From: Camelus dromedarius
Lineage: Eukaryota
Direction: 5' to 3'
Assembly: GCF_036321535.1 (NCBI RefSeq)
Contig: NC_087437.1
Coordinates: 113,152,001-113,216,000 of the forward strand
Length of the DNA: 64,000 nt
Of this stretch, positions 13,776 to 25,973 are shown one piece after another. The translations under genes and the position numbers were made by a program. The stretch's first letter is position 1, and each line of letters starts with the position of its first letter. Below the pieces are notes generated by a model, which searched no databases, was not told the DNA's origin, and saw nothing but the letters and a program-made list of their open reading frames with translations.

Positions 13776-14769
13776 CTTTGTAGGGAGTTTTAAATCCCAG
13801 CCATCTTCCCCCTGCCACCCAGTGTGCTTCAAACTGCCTCATTCAGAGCACCATTTAATGAGAAAATCCAATTGTGAAACAAAGTTAACGTTCCTTCGCA
13901 TGAGTACGTGTCAGAGTGATGTCCAGCTTCTGGTGGAGCTGCCTCTCAGGACGGGACTCCAATCCTGGCTCTGCGTCTGTGTCGCTCTGTCCTCTTGACC
14001 TCTCTGTGCCGGGGCCCCTCAGCGGTAAAGTTGGTAGTCCCTTCTGCACTGGGTCGTGGCACCAGTGACATGATGCTGATGCAATGAAAGCATTTGGAAA
14101 GAACCTGGCACTGGTGAGAACTCAGAAAGTGTTAGCCCTTATGAAGTCCCACTCCGCCCAGTTCCAAGGACTCTCATTCTGATAGAAAAGTCTCTTTTGG
14201 TGAGAAGAGTTTGTTCCGCTCTTTTGAGGTTTTTGCTGACTTTGTGGGCTCGCTTTCAAATCCTCTGTTTAGCACCTTTCTGTGGCCAGTCTCTGTTCTA
14301 CAAGACAACAGTGTTGTTCTAAGTCATTTGGAAATTGTCCCATACAGGGGTATTTAAATGAAATGTTGGCTTATGAGGAGGTGCTCAGAATAAGGGCACT
14401 TGTCTCCAATCATAGGGCTTTGTCCTCAACCCACACCGACCACTCAGAGATGGCTACGTTCATCTCAGCTCTTTGGGACACTTCCCTTCCCCACAAGGTC
14501 TGCAGGGAATGAGCTGTCCTCTGAGACTCATCCTGGGAGGGTGGCAAACTGTGCCCAGGCACTGCCCTGGCTGGGGCTGGCATCGCGAAGCCTGAAGAGG
14601 GAACTTGTAAGGCCCCTGCCCGATGCTGGACTCCCCGCAGGCACACCCCCTCGGCACCAAGGTTAATTACCAGCTGCCAGTCAGTATTTAACTTTCCACT
14701 TAAGATTAGATTAAATATTTGGGTTGGTAAAAGCCTAGGATTGCAGACGGGGGTGAGCCGGGGCACAGC

Positions 14770-14901
14770 TGGCTGCAGGCTGAAGCTGCCCAGCAGCCTG
14801 AGGGTTCTGCACCATCCCGGGGGCCCGCCAGCACCAGGGAGACCCTGCGGGGCTGCCCGGCTTCACAGGGAGGAGTTCTGCTCACGCACCGCCCAGTGCA
14901 G
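14770..14901 (+). other. KCNE2: KCNE2 non-coding exon 1 (5' end approximate)
   Basis: Consensus donor CAG|GTAAGT at 14901/14902; GC-rich and ATG-free; resembles the recalled human KCNE2 first exon (gaagctgcccagcagcctgagg). Confidence 0.7.
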
Positions 14902-15757
14902 GTAAGTTTCCATCACTCATTATTTTTTTTTTTTGAGGAATTAAGTAACAAAGCTATTTTTCCCCCCAGAAAATTATGAAAGAAATGGTTTTCCTGGTAT
15001 AAGAAGACCTGACCCTTCCTTCCTTCCTTCCTCGTTTGCAGACTTTCTCTCTTTCTTCTCCTTCTCCCTCTTCCCCCATCTTCCTTCTCCCTCTTTTTTG
15101 TAGTGTTTTCCTTGCTTGTTTCTTCAGTAGTCACCTTTGGATAAAACTTTTGAAAGTTTTTTTTTAATGGGAGTTTCAGGATTAGTGTGGATAACCATCT
15201 TTTTCTACTCTTGTTGTAAAACTGACAGACTCTGTTGCCTTTTGCAAGTCCCGGTGGTGCTAATGATCCACAACCTTTCAAGAAAAGTGAACTCTGGATT
15301 TGGGGGATCAAGTGCACGTTACTTTCTTCAGTGTCGGATTGTCCTGGTCGTGAATTGTGCACATTTGTGACAGGTGCAGCTGGAATTAGGTGGTCATCAT
15401 GTGTCCTGAAGATCAGGCACAACTAATAGATATGCATCACCTCCAGCCATGGTCTTGGTCTCTTTTGTTTTGCCCACTGAGCTGACCAGCTACAGGTGAT
15501 GGAAACAGGGAGTTACCGGAATTTGGGACTTTCCGCTAGGACAGAACGGGTGCCGGGTGCCGGGTGCCAGCCTGGGGGGCTTGGGTTTCTAGTCTCAGCA
15601 CTGTGACTGTGGACAGGTGATTTAGGCTCTCTGAGCTGCAGTTCCTCCACCTGCCAAAGCAGCAGACCAGCCCAAATCACCTCTAGGGGCCCATCTGGTT
15701 ATTTGACTGAGCAAGAACCATCTATTTCAAAATGCCTGAAAAAAGTAGGTTCACATG

Positions 15758-15838
15758 TATTAGTTTGAACTATGTATGAAATTGCCAAATTTGACCCTTT
15801 TTAGCTTCTAAAACTGGCAACTTCATATAGTTCAATAG
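15758..15838. mobile_element. MADE2-like mariner MITE
   Basis: ~80-bp imperfect palindrome TTGAACTATGTATGAAATTGCCA...TGGCAACTTCATATAGTTCAA starting with TATTAG, matching the recalled MADE2 layout. Confidence 0.75.
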
Positions 15839-17644
15839 AGCATTACGTAATAGTTGCCTTCGCAGCACTGAAGTGAGTGCCTGGTAGGTATTCTGCTTAG
15901 AGGAGGGTTGAGCATTTATGCCAAATATGGTCAATTCTCTCAGTTAAATAGTTATTCTGGGTATCAGAAATGTAGATCTGTTTGAAAGTGTTTTAGCAGC
16001 ATGGCCATCAGTGAAATAGCTCTCATGCACTGGGGTTTGGTTTTTGCCCGTGTCTCAAGCAACAGCATCTGAATGGTGACTCCTCCTGGGACTTGACTTT
16101 TTCATCCTGGCCAAGGGTCAGCACTTAGGCATTTAATCTCCATAGGCCCTTTCCAGCTTTGTGATTAAGTCTTATCAAAAAGCACCTCCTGATCTGCTCA
16201 GCAGTGCGCCTCTGTCCACACTAGAAGAGCTGGACAAACAGTCGGCAGTATTAGCTCCAACAGGTGGACGGATGCTGCCTCGCCCACACCTGGAAACAAA
16301 CCCTACTCCAGGGGGACCCAGCACCGAAGTCTCTTGTCTTAAAGCTATTTTTGGCAGAGATTTCTGGTTGGGCTTCAGGTTCCCATCCTCATTTCAGCTG
16401 TGGATGACTGAGGCTTCCCTTGAGGCTCCGCATCCTGGATGGCATCAAATTTACCTCTCCTATGTCCCCCGTGTTCTCTCAGAGCCCTGAAGGGACAGGG
16501 GACTAACGATTGAGCACTTCTCATCAGCCAAGCACTGGCCCAGGGTTTTCGCAGGTGGTGAAAAACTAAAGTGTTGCTTTGATGAAAACGTTCACAGAGC
16601 GATGTTGGCAGTGAGTGTGGCCCATCCTACGGGCCTTCCTGTGTAACTCTGGGCCTTTACTGCCTCCACTCAGAGGGGCCATTGCAATTTCGAGCACAGT
16701 GGCACAGCCCACGAACGAGATATATGGGAGTCGAGTGGGCAGTGGAGCTCAAAGCACTTAGGAGCTTGCAATCCATCACCTCTCTGGGGGCACCCAGGTC
16801 CCAGGCCGGCCCCGTGTGGCCCAGTGCTTACCGATCTGGAGATGTGTCAAAGAAGCACTGTCCAGTGTGCAAAAATAACTAGAATAGTTTCCGTTTTGAC
16901 GGAAAGACCACTACAGGGGATCTAATTCTCTGCCCAGAAGAGTCCTCTTCTTCCCTTTCTCAGTTTCCTCCTACCCCACATGCTCGGGACCCTCCACTAT
17001 ACCAAATTCCCCTCAGCACCCGCCAGCCCTTTATTTTGTAAACTTAGCTCTTCTAGGGTTGTTTGTTTGTTTTGTTCTGTTTTTTAAGTTATCTCTATGT
17101 TTTACCCATTTTTCAATTTGGCTTCACAAAAGGAAACGGAATTCTCTCTGGAGGGGCCACAGAGGGTGTACAAGCTGGGCAAATCACAGTTTTTTTTTTT
17201 TTTTTTAATCGGATGAAGAAGTGGAGAAGGGCTGGAAGAAACAAGAGGGTGAGAATGCTCGCAGGTGAAGTAATCCCACCCCGTCACATGTGTCAGGCTA
17301 GCCCTGACCTGGCGCTGCGGGGTAGGGGTGCCTTCTGATTCACGAAGTAAGTGTGAAATCCCCCCGAATGAGGAGACCTTGGCTCTTCAAGGATTAAGGA
17401 GCCAGTGGTGATGTCTTGAGTAGGATGACAGCCTGGTTAGCCGCACTCGCTCACAGTCCACTGTGTTGTTTTAAGGGGAAAAGCACGCCTCTGTTACATT
17501 GCTTGTAAACCCTGCGTGACGTGCCCTTGGGGAATCTTACCTGTTTGTTGTTTCTTTTCAACCCACCAGGCTTTGCGTGGAGGAGAGAGGGAGAGGAGGA
17601 CCCAAGAGCTTTTCAAATAATAGAAATTAAAACATCAGATCAGA

Positions 17645-17782
17645 GGGGGAGGGGAGGGTATAGCTCAGGGGTAGAGCACGTGCTTAGCATGCATGAGGCC
17701 CTGGGTTCAATCTCCAGTCCCTCCACTAAAATAAACAAATAATAAACCTAATTGCCTCCTCCCTACCAAAAAGAAAAAAAGA
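17645..17782 (+). mobile_element. tRNA-derived SINE (camelid Vic-1-like)
   Basis: A box (TAGCTCAGGGG) and B box (GGTTCAATCTCC), A-rich tail, TSD AAAACATCAGAT at 17629-17640 and 17783-17794. Confidence 0.85.
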
Positions 17783-18194
17783 AAAACATCAGATTAAGAA
17801 ACCTGCATTATCTTAGGTACAAGAATTCTCAGTGAGTGAAATGAAGGGAAGGCATGTTCTGTGGGAGGAAAGACCTGGGTTTTTGTTTTTGTTTTTGTTT
17901 TTTTTTGCTTCAGAGGGCACTGACTTAGAAGGCTGTTAGGTAAAGCCAATGTTGTTGACGGGGTGGCCCTGCAGGCTTACTTCCTGCTCCATCTCCCTGG
18001 TTCTGTTTCCCTGAATTTGCCCCATTTACGAGTCCTGCTCGGCTCCATTCTCTGAGCTCCGCATCCCTCTGTTCACACCTCTTGCCCACTCTGCACCTCG
18101 CCCTGTCTGTGTCTCTCCCACTACATGGAGCTTCCTCAGACAGAAGTCTCGAACTTGTCATCGCTTCATTTCCAGTGCCCAGCGTGTGCCCAGC

Positions 18195-18960
18195 ACAGTC
18201 ATTTATTCACCAAACATCCATTGTGTACCTACTAGGGGCCAGGCTCTGTGCCACTATTGGCTGTACCAAGATAGACAAAGGTCACACGAGCCCTGCCCTC
18301 ACAGACATGACGGTCGACGGGGAAAGATACGCCAATAATCACACACACACACAGACACACAAACACTCACACCAGCAGTGTATACACATAAATACTACAT
18401 ATTGTAAAGAGAGCTTTGAAGAAAAGTAGTAAGACGCTATTGGAGAAGAGTGGTGGTATGGGTGGGGGGGACTGGCTGGGAGCAGGGCCAGGGAAGTTTT
18501 CTCAGAAGTGACAGTTAAGCTGGCCCAAAAGGGTGAGGAGGTAGCAGAGGGAAGAGCAGGCAGAAGTATTCCAGGCAGAGGGAATGGGATGTGCAAATGT
18601 CCCGAGGCAGGAGAACGCTTACTGCCTTGGGGGAAGGCAGGCCTGTAAGACCAGGTGGCATGAGGGTAGAATGAATGGGGAAGAGTGCAGGCCAGCCAGG
18701 ACCAGGCCATGTACACCTGTTAGGGAATGAAGATTTTCTTTTGAGAACAACAGGAAGGGACTGCATTGTTTAAAAAACAACGGAGTGATAGGCTCCCATT
18801 TCCCTCTTAGCAAGAGTGCATTGATGGCCTTGCAGGGCAGAGAGGGGCAGAAGCAGCCTGAGGAGCTGGTTTTGGGGAAGGTTGCAGTGCGTTGCATTGT
18901 ATCACCCAGGTGACAGGTGCTGGTGGCCGGGCAGTGAGAGTGAGGATGGCACAGAGAGTG
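18195..18960. mobile_element. L2 LINE remnants
   Basis: L2 3'-like text: catttattcaccaaacatccattgtgtacctac...gccaggctctgtgc, ttccaggcagagggaatgggatgtgcaaa. Confidence 0.6.
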
Positions 18961-19495
18961 GGAGTTGATGAATGATCTCTCAGGTTGTTCTTTTGTATCA
19001 CTTCCCTAAAGTACTTCTTTCAAGTATGGATGTACACACTCATCTCCTCAGGATACTTGGAAAAGGCACTGTCTAGGCATAGGAGGTGGGGCCGACTGCA
19101 AAGTCTGTCAGTGCCCCTTGCAATCTTCTGCCCTGTAATTCTCTAAAAACACAGAACGTACATCAGTCATTACATCTTTCAACTGATGTCTGTTGACTAT
19201 CTGTTATGAACAAGGCATCATGCTGGCTGTTGTGAGGTGACTGATCTATTCAGGAACAAAGTAATGAATGGAAGATTATTGAAGAAAATTTTGAACAAAA
19301 GAAAAACATAAGGAAGAAAAAATTTTGAATATACCACACACTATTAACACTGCAAACGCTTTATTTTCAGTCTTTTTTCATTTGCATGTATACATTTATT
19401 TACATATACAAATTGGGATCATACTATGTACAGTGTTATGTGCTCCGTTAAACTTTTATTGTAAGGTATCATGCATGCAAAAAATGCATAAAATG

Positions 19496-19659
19496 AGGTG
19501 GAAGGGCATAGCTCAGTGGCAGCGTGCATGCTTAGCATGCACTAGGTCCTGAGTTCAATACTCCATTCAGTTCAGTACCTCCATTAAAAATTAATTAATT
19601 TTTAAAAAACCTAATTACTTTCCCCCAAAAAACAAATAAACAAATAAATATTTTTAAAC
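19496..19659 (+). mobile_element. tRNA-derived SINE (camelid Vic-1-like), decayed
   Basis: TAGCTCAGTGG A box, tgcttagcatgcac, degenerate B box, A-rich tail; TSD TGCATAAAATG at 19485-19495 and 19660-19670. Confidence 0.8.
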
Positions 19660-19859
19660 TGCATAAAATGCATATGCAACATTTTAAGAATAACAAAATA
19701 TTTACTCAATCACCAGCCAGATAAAAAAATAATAATAATATTTCTTTCCCCCCTTGCACGCCCCTCCCTCCTTCCCTTAAGGTAGCCGAGTGCAGAAAGA
19801 ATCCGTTTTCTTAAACCTGTTCATCTATTTTATTATTTAAATTGCAGCAGGAGGGAAAT

Positions 19860-20231
19860 ATGCCTACTCTTTCCAATCTGACACAGACACTGGAAGATGC
19901 CTTCAAGAGGGTTTTTATTACTTACATGGACAATTGGCGCAGAAACACGACAGTTGAACAAGAGGCTCTGCAGGCCAAAGTTGATGCCGAGAACTTCTAT
20001 TACGTCATCTTGTACCTCATGGTGATGATTGGGATGTTCTCTTTCATCATCGTAGCCATCCTGGTGAGCACGGTGAAATCCAAGAGACGAGAACACTCCA
20101 ACGACCCCTACCACCAGTATATTGTGGAGGACTGGCAGGAGAAGTACAAGAGTCAGATCTTGAATCTGGAAGAATCCAAGGCCAACATCCCTGAGAGCAC
20201 TGGTGCAGCGGGACTCATAATGTCTCCTTGA
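19860..20231 (+). CDS. KCNE2: Potassium voltage-gated channel subfamily E regulatory subunit 2 (MiRP1), 123 aa
   Basis: ATG 19860 to TGA 20231. [15 protein letters not shown]...[52 protein letters not shown] is the KCNE2 signature. Sequons at N6 and N29, one TM helix, acceptor TTGCAG at 19842-19847. Confidence 0.99.
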   Translation: MPTLSNLTQTLEDAFKRVFITYMDNWRRNTTVEQEALQAKVDAENFYYVILYLMVMIGMFSFIIVAILVSTVKSKRREHSNDPYHQYIVEDWQEKYKSQILNLEESKANIPESTGAAGLIMSP

Positions 20232-21902
20232 TAAGCGCGAGAGACACAGAGCCATCGTCTGACATGCGAATATGAAGAGAGGCCAGTGCCATGGAGCAAA
20301 TCCAAGTTGTCATGCTGAGATGACACTCAATTCCTCGCTCTCTGTTGAGAATTTTCATGGCGATCACACGGTTGGTCAACTGAGACAGATGGCATTTCGA
20401 TCTCAGTGATTTATGCTTGTTTATTGGAGCAATACTTTATGCTGAAGATTTCTTTTACTTTCTGTGCAATGCAAATGCCATTTTAATCAATGTCAATAGT
20501 GGAAATAAGGCCAAATTTGAAGTAAAGTGCCTGGGCAGTGGCAGTGGGGACAGAAAGGAGAGATTAACAAATCATGGCATCTTCTTTCTCATGAAATATT
20601 ATTTTGTATGTGACTAATTCAATTTATAAATAATCCAGGTGTTTTACCCAGACGCTGAGGTCCCAAAATCTATCACCTTCTCACTGGACTGACAGAGAAG
20701 CATTTATTTATTAATTCATGAATGCAGAGTTTGAAATGATGAATGAACAGAACCACTGAGCTTATTTGGAAGTCCGTGGACAGAACAAACATTTCACAGG
20801 GGCAGAGTCCACATCAGAGGAGTAGAATCTTTAAAAACTACCTGGTGCAACAGAAACATGTTAATTAACATTTAAAATTTTTACAGAAAACTAACCTTTA
20901 AAACTTCTTGTTATTATAAAAAAATAATAAAATGTTATAACATTGCTTTATAAATGACTCACTCTTTTCACTCAATTTATTTTCTCTATTTACAATTACT
21001 TCTTTTCACTTAAGTTTCAAGAGACTTATTTGCACTAACGTACGAAAGTGTGTGAATTGCTGATGTCTACTGAAGAGCCAGACAGCAGCTGCTTAACACT
21101 TTGAACCTTGGGGGTCATGATATCACAGGATGTTGGGCCTGGAAGGCAGCTCGGTGATCACTGTAGTCTTGTCAGACCATTTCATTTACAGATGGGAATC
21201 TCCAGTCCACAGGTTTGGTGACATCATTCGTTAATTCAATCAAACAGCATTTAATATCTGTCTACTTGGGTTGCTGACCTAGACCCCAGGAGTACAGAGA
21301 TGAGTGTGACTCCCTGAGCTGGAGGAACTCAGTAGAGAGGGAGTCAGACGTGGAAATAACATGGCGATACCAACACAAAGTGGCGTAGCTAGAGCAGGAC
21401 AGAGGACAGCCCTAACTCCAGTTAAGGTCTACTCTTTCAGAGTAGCTGATTGTAGAAAGTCAATGTCAAGACAGATGTATGGGCTGCAGCTTCATGAAAC
21501 TTCGTGCGTCCTCACTCACACTCTCCTCCCCCATCTACTCAAGGCAGAGCGATTGTGAGCAGAACCTTGAGTCTCGGCACTAAGACAAAATTCAGTGACG
21601 GAGCCCTTCTTCAATGCCCTTTATGGATTATTTTGTCTCTTAGGGTGAGGTCTATATAGGGTATCTGTTTCCTGATAACAAACATCCAATTATGCAAACA
21701 GAAGCAGTGAATACAGTGTTAGGGAAAGTCATTCACATTCCAAGAGCAGAAATGGCAAGAGGGGCTTCCCTCCTGAGATCAGAAACCCAGAAATGCTGTA
21801 CCACACAGGACATTTCAACCAGTGCGGCCAAAGCAGCAACCCAGGCTATAAAATCACAGCCTTGGGTCTGAATCCAGAGAGGAATCCAAGGTTTCTACCA
21901 GC

Positions 21903-22665
21903 TGACAAAGACTATCTCTTTGATCAAACTCTGGTTGGGCTCCTCTGAGCCTTTTTCTCAACTAGACCTCAACCCTGGCCTATAAACACTGCAGATTCTT
22001 GGCACAAAAGGTATCATCCACCTCCCCACACTAAGATGCTGAGCAAACACTACCATAGTTTCTAACAGCTCTAGGCTACTTCCCTACGAGGACCCTAGCT
22101 CCCTTTAAAGTGCCTGCCTTAGGAAAATCAACGAGCTGCCAGGAGAATTTACTGTTTGTTCCAGCCAAAATTTGAAGAGAGGCCATTCAGCCCCCTGAAT
22201 CTCTCCTAGAGCAGTTAGTTCCTTTAGAAATCTTATAATTATAAATCCTTCCTCTCCAGCTTTGAGCTGTTAATCTCTTACCACCCAGAAGTGTCTTGTC
22301 TCTTTGAAATGCCAACGTTCAAGGAGGTAGCCCTCCCACCTGGTGGGCACTTTGTTCTAACTTGTACCACTGCCTCCAGTCATAAAGAGAGAAGTTCGTT
22401 TCTCCTCCAGATAAGTGTCTATTAACAAACCCAGATCAAGTTGACCAATCCTTTCTGCTTTTTGGAAATTTCCACTTCCCTGACTCGGCTCAAGTGCCTG
22501 CACCCCTCATACTCCCTCATTCTCCTTTTTTAAATGCCCAGTTACCTCTGCACAAATCAAAGTTGAGTTCAGTTCATGCTGGACTCTCTTCCCTACTGTG
22601 ATAGTTACTAAATAAGGTCTATCCTTAACACTTCAGCTGGTGTCCGGCTTTGTTTATCTTTGACA
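21903..22665 (+). mobile_element. ERV1-type solo LTR (MER31/MER67-like)
   Basis: Starts TGACAAAGACT...TTGATCAAACT...GGCTCCTCTGAGCC and ends TTTATCTTTGACA; resembles the recalled MER31-type consensus. No clear TSD. Confidence 0.65.
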
Positions 22666-23799
22666 TAGGAAAACAAATTAAAGGGGAAAAATCAAGGTTT
22701 TCCTAATTAAGTATGTTTATTAACATCACTTAAAGTATATATAGCCAACATAGATGATTATCAGCCCACTTTACTTTGGGGTAATGGGAGAAACGCTCAA
22801 TGTTGACGAGCGTTTCAGGTCTGCAGTTACCGGCACTTGCTCCAGTTTGTCACTCCAGCATCAATTCCCACCAAACCCAGGCCTGCTACTTTCAGCCTGG
22901 CAACTAAAAATGCCAACTCAAACAACTTGCTGGTTTTCTTTTCTACCCCATTTGTTTTTAGAGTTTCTTCTGCTTGATCTACTGGCTCTATGTGATTTGA
23001 GTCCCCCTTACTTCTTACAGCACAGCTCAGGAGCAATTTGAAAAGGAACACATGGTAGCGTATGCCCTGCTGGAGTCTAGATCCAGATTACCCCAAGTCA
23101 GGTCCCAGCTCTGGCACTTGGGGCTTTAAAACACTGGACAAATTAATCTGTTTGTGTCTCCATTTCCTCATCTGTGAAATGGTTATAGTCTTCTCAGGTT
23201 CTTTATAGACTTATTAAGAGGCTTCTGTTAGACAAAAGCCTTAAAGTGCTTAAAACAAAGCTATTTTTGTTACTTTCTCCAGGGAAATGTCACTTGTTGA
23301 CAGAACTAACCATCCAGCTTCACAACACCTATCCCGCCCTCCAATCCCTGTTTGTCCTTTCCTCTGCGCTCCCTAACATTCTGAATTTCATCACCACCAA
23401 GACGTCACAATGGGATTTGGAGTTAGACTGCCTGGGTTCAAACCTCGAATATGCCGCTCCAATTTGCAGCTCGTTTTCTTGTGCCGGCCACTTAATCTCC
23501 TCTTGCCTCCGTTTACTCATACAGAGAAGGGTGAGCCTAGTAAGAAGTCAGTGAACTTCCTTCTCGTTACACTTGAATTTGGGTGTCCAGTTTGTGCCCT
23601 CCCGTGGGGCAAGGACTGACTGCGTTCAAACTCCGCTCCAGTTTACTAAGCGTGTGCTGGAAAGAATCTGGGAACCTTGTACCGGGCACCCTACCGCTAT
23701 ACCAAAGGAAAATGCATGCATTTCTGGCAGAGAAGATACACGCTAAATTTGGAAACTTCTGGGGACCCACGTGGCTTCAGTCGCACACAGCCAGGAGCA

Positions 23800-24670
23800 C
23801 CCAGGGAGAGCGAGCGCCCCTCCGGCCGCCGTCCTCCTACAGCTCAGGTAAGCTCAGAATGAGAACGTGCCCCGGGCCTAGAAGAAAGCGCCCGGCCCAT
23901 GCCCAGCCAGCTCGCCCCAGGCCCAGCCAACTCCATCCTGTGACCCTATTTACGGTGCCACAAAGGCCTCCTCAGCCCACAGCGCGGCTGCAAGGAGCGG
24001 CGCGCGCAGCGAGACGGCCCGGGCCCACTGCGCCGGCGCGCGGAGCGGTGCATGCCGGGACGTGTAGTTTCCCCGCGGCATTGTGGGAGTCGTGGTTTGT
24101 GTGCCGGCCGGAAGCAGGATCCTTCGCGGCCTGGAGTTGTAAGTGGGTGGCGTCCGTGTCAGGGGGATCGTGAGCCGAGGCCCCGCTGCTCTTTGGGGCG
24201 CTGGGGTTTGGGGAGTTGTATGGCAGGCCCCGCGTTCGCTCTTTTTCTTCAGGACGCCCTCCACCGGGGACCGCCAGGGTGACAACCTCCATACCCCCCC
24301 GCCTCCCCCCCCCCCCCCACGCCCGGGCGCCCCTGCCTGCCTCGGTTGTCCAGGCGCCGCGATTCTGCGGACCAGGCACCCAGGGGCGTGTTTAGGCTGG
24401 CAGGCAGGGCGAGCGCGGTCCAGAGTCGGTTCCGGCCAGAAATTTGGGGGCGAGCGAAAGCTCTGGACGCCCGGATTTGCAGAATGGTGGGGAAAGCGAT
24501 TGTCCCTCATTCTCGGGTCTGAGCGGGGCAGGTGTTACTCCTCAAGTGTCGGGGCCATGCCCCGACAGCTGGGAGGACCCTGGCCCGGCTCTCTGGTTAC
24601 AGAGGAACTGAGACCCAGCCCCTCGCCCTGGGAACCCCGGCAGACCCGGGCGTAGGGCCCAGAGGTCGGC
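23800..24670 (+). promoter_or_regulatory. SMIM11: CpG-island promoter of SMIM11
   Basis: Dense CpG and high GC; two tandem ZNF143/SBS-type motifs (24046-24070, 24074-24098); ETS motif CCGGAAG (24108-24114); donor GTAAGT at 24139. Confidence 0.88.
24090..24138 (+). other. SMIM11: SMIM11 non-coding exon 1 (5' end approximate)
   Basis: Donor GTT|GTAAGT at 24138/24139 inside the CpG island, just after the promoter motifs. Confidence 0.6.
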
Positions 24671-25973
24671 CAAGTGATACCCAAGGTTCATCTGGAACCC
24701 CCTCCTCCCGCACCTACTGCTACCTCAAAGGACTGGGGAAAGGGTTGGGGTGGAAAGGGTAGAGACTGGGACTGAGAACAGCTTCGGAAAGTTCAGCCTA
24801 AGGACGCAGCCTAATTAGTGGCTGGAATGAGCCTAGACACCAAGAGACAGACGGAGCCTTGGGTTTGTTAGGTGTGCCTAGAAGAAAACGTAGATTGTGG
24901 ACTATACATCGTCCATGTTGCTTTAACTGGCCTAATCAAAATAAGCCAATAGCTTTTCTGTTTTTTAGGAGAAAGCTAGCAAAGGAAAAATCAGAATATT
25001 TTTGCAGTAAAGGAAATAGAACTACATCTATGTAAGCCATTGTTATTTTGAGTTTTAAGCTAAGACTGCGGATAGTTCCAGGGGAAGTTTAAAACTTCCT
25101 GCACTTGATAGATTTTATGCCTCTTAAAATTGTCGGCATGTAGTTGGCTTTTGCAGTTCAACCCTCAGACACCAGCTGCCTCCTGGTTCTAACATCACAT
25201 CAGGTGTACAGATGGCAGCAGAGCAAATAGCCTGCTGATATATTTAGCTTTCTCAGTTGTCCTCGTTTGCTCAAGTCCTGCAGGGTGCTACAAAAATGGC
25301 TGAGTTGGAGCATGTAATTTAAGGGAAATAGAGGAAAAGTTATAATTTGGAGGCAGTGGGTGTGAATGAGCTTGATTGATTTGCCCTCTGGTCTCCCACC
25401 CTCAATGCACTCCTTACACTACTTTGCAGATTGACTTTAAATATATTTCTGTCCTAAAGAGATTGAATTTTATAACTCTGGATGTGAAGTGGAGGCAGCT
25501 GCCAGTATATTTTTACAGTCAGATGTCATGATATCAAAGAGAATGGTGACTTAGGAATTTTAGAGTTGCAGCGTTGTTCTTTGGATTCTGGTTTTAAAAA
25601 TGATATCACTTTGGTTTAGAGAGGCTAATAACTTGCCCCAGGTCACATGCCCTGCCACTGGTGCCACCAAGAATAGAGTCCAGATGGCCAGTTCTCCTGG
25701 TCGTCCAGTGCTGGTTCTTTATATCATGCCCTGCTGTCTTGTGATGGCGGCGTTTTTCGCTGGATGCTGCAGGCTTATGCTCTTCAGTTTGACATGTCCA
25801 TCTGTGGAAAGAGAGATTTATCATAATAATCATGATTGATATTTGTTTAGTGCTCTCTGTGTGCTGAGCATGGTGCCTAGTGTTTCCAGTCCAATCTCTG
25901 AAGGAGAATTTACAGACAAGAGAGCTGAGGCTTAGAGAGGCCGGGACTTGTCCAAGGTGACACCACTAGTAAA

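Noticed and set aside
15547..15567. (CGGGTGC)x3 tandem repeat
   Set aside because: Short slippage repeat with no spacers; no CRISPR-like or prokaryotic system is present in this mammalian window.
17651..17724. Apparent tRNA gene
   Set aside because: A-rich tail, target-site duplication and an imperfect acceptor stem indicate a SINE.
19842..19859. N-terminal extension MQQEGN of KCNE2 in the ORF track
   Set aside because: Starts at a TTG that is part of the splice acceptor; the true ATG is 19860.
19833..20255. 140-aa antisense ORF over KCNE2
   Set aside because: Shadow of the real CDS with no independent support.
23583..24655. Several 135-196-aa overlapping ORFs
   Set aside because: Stop-poor GC-rich CpG island; low-complexity Pro/Arg/Gly products with no recognisable domain.
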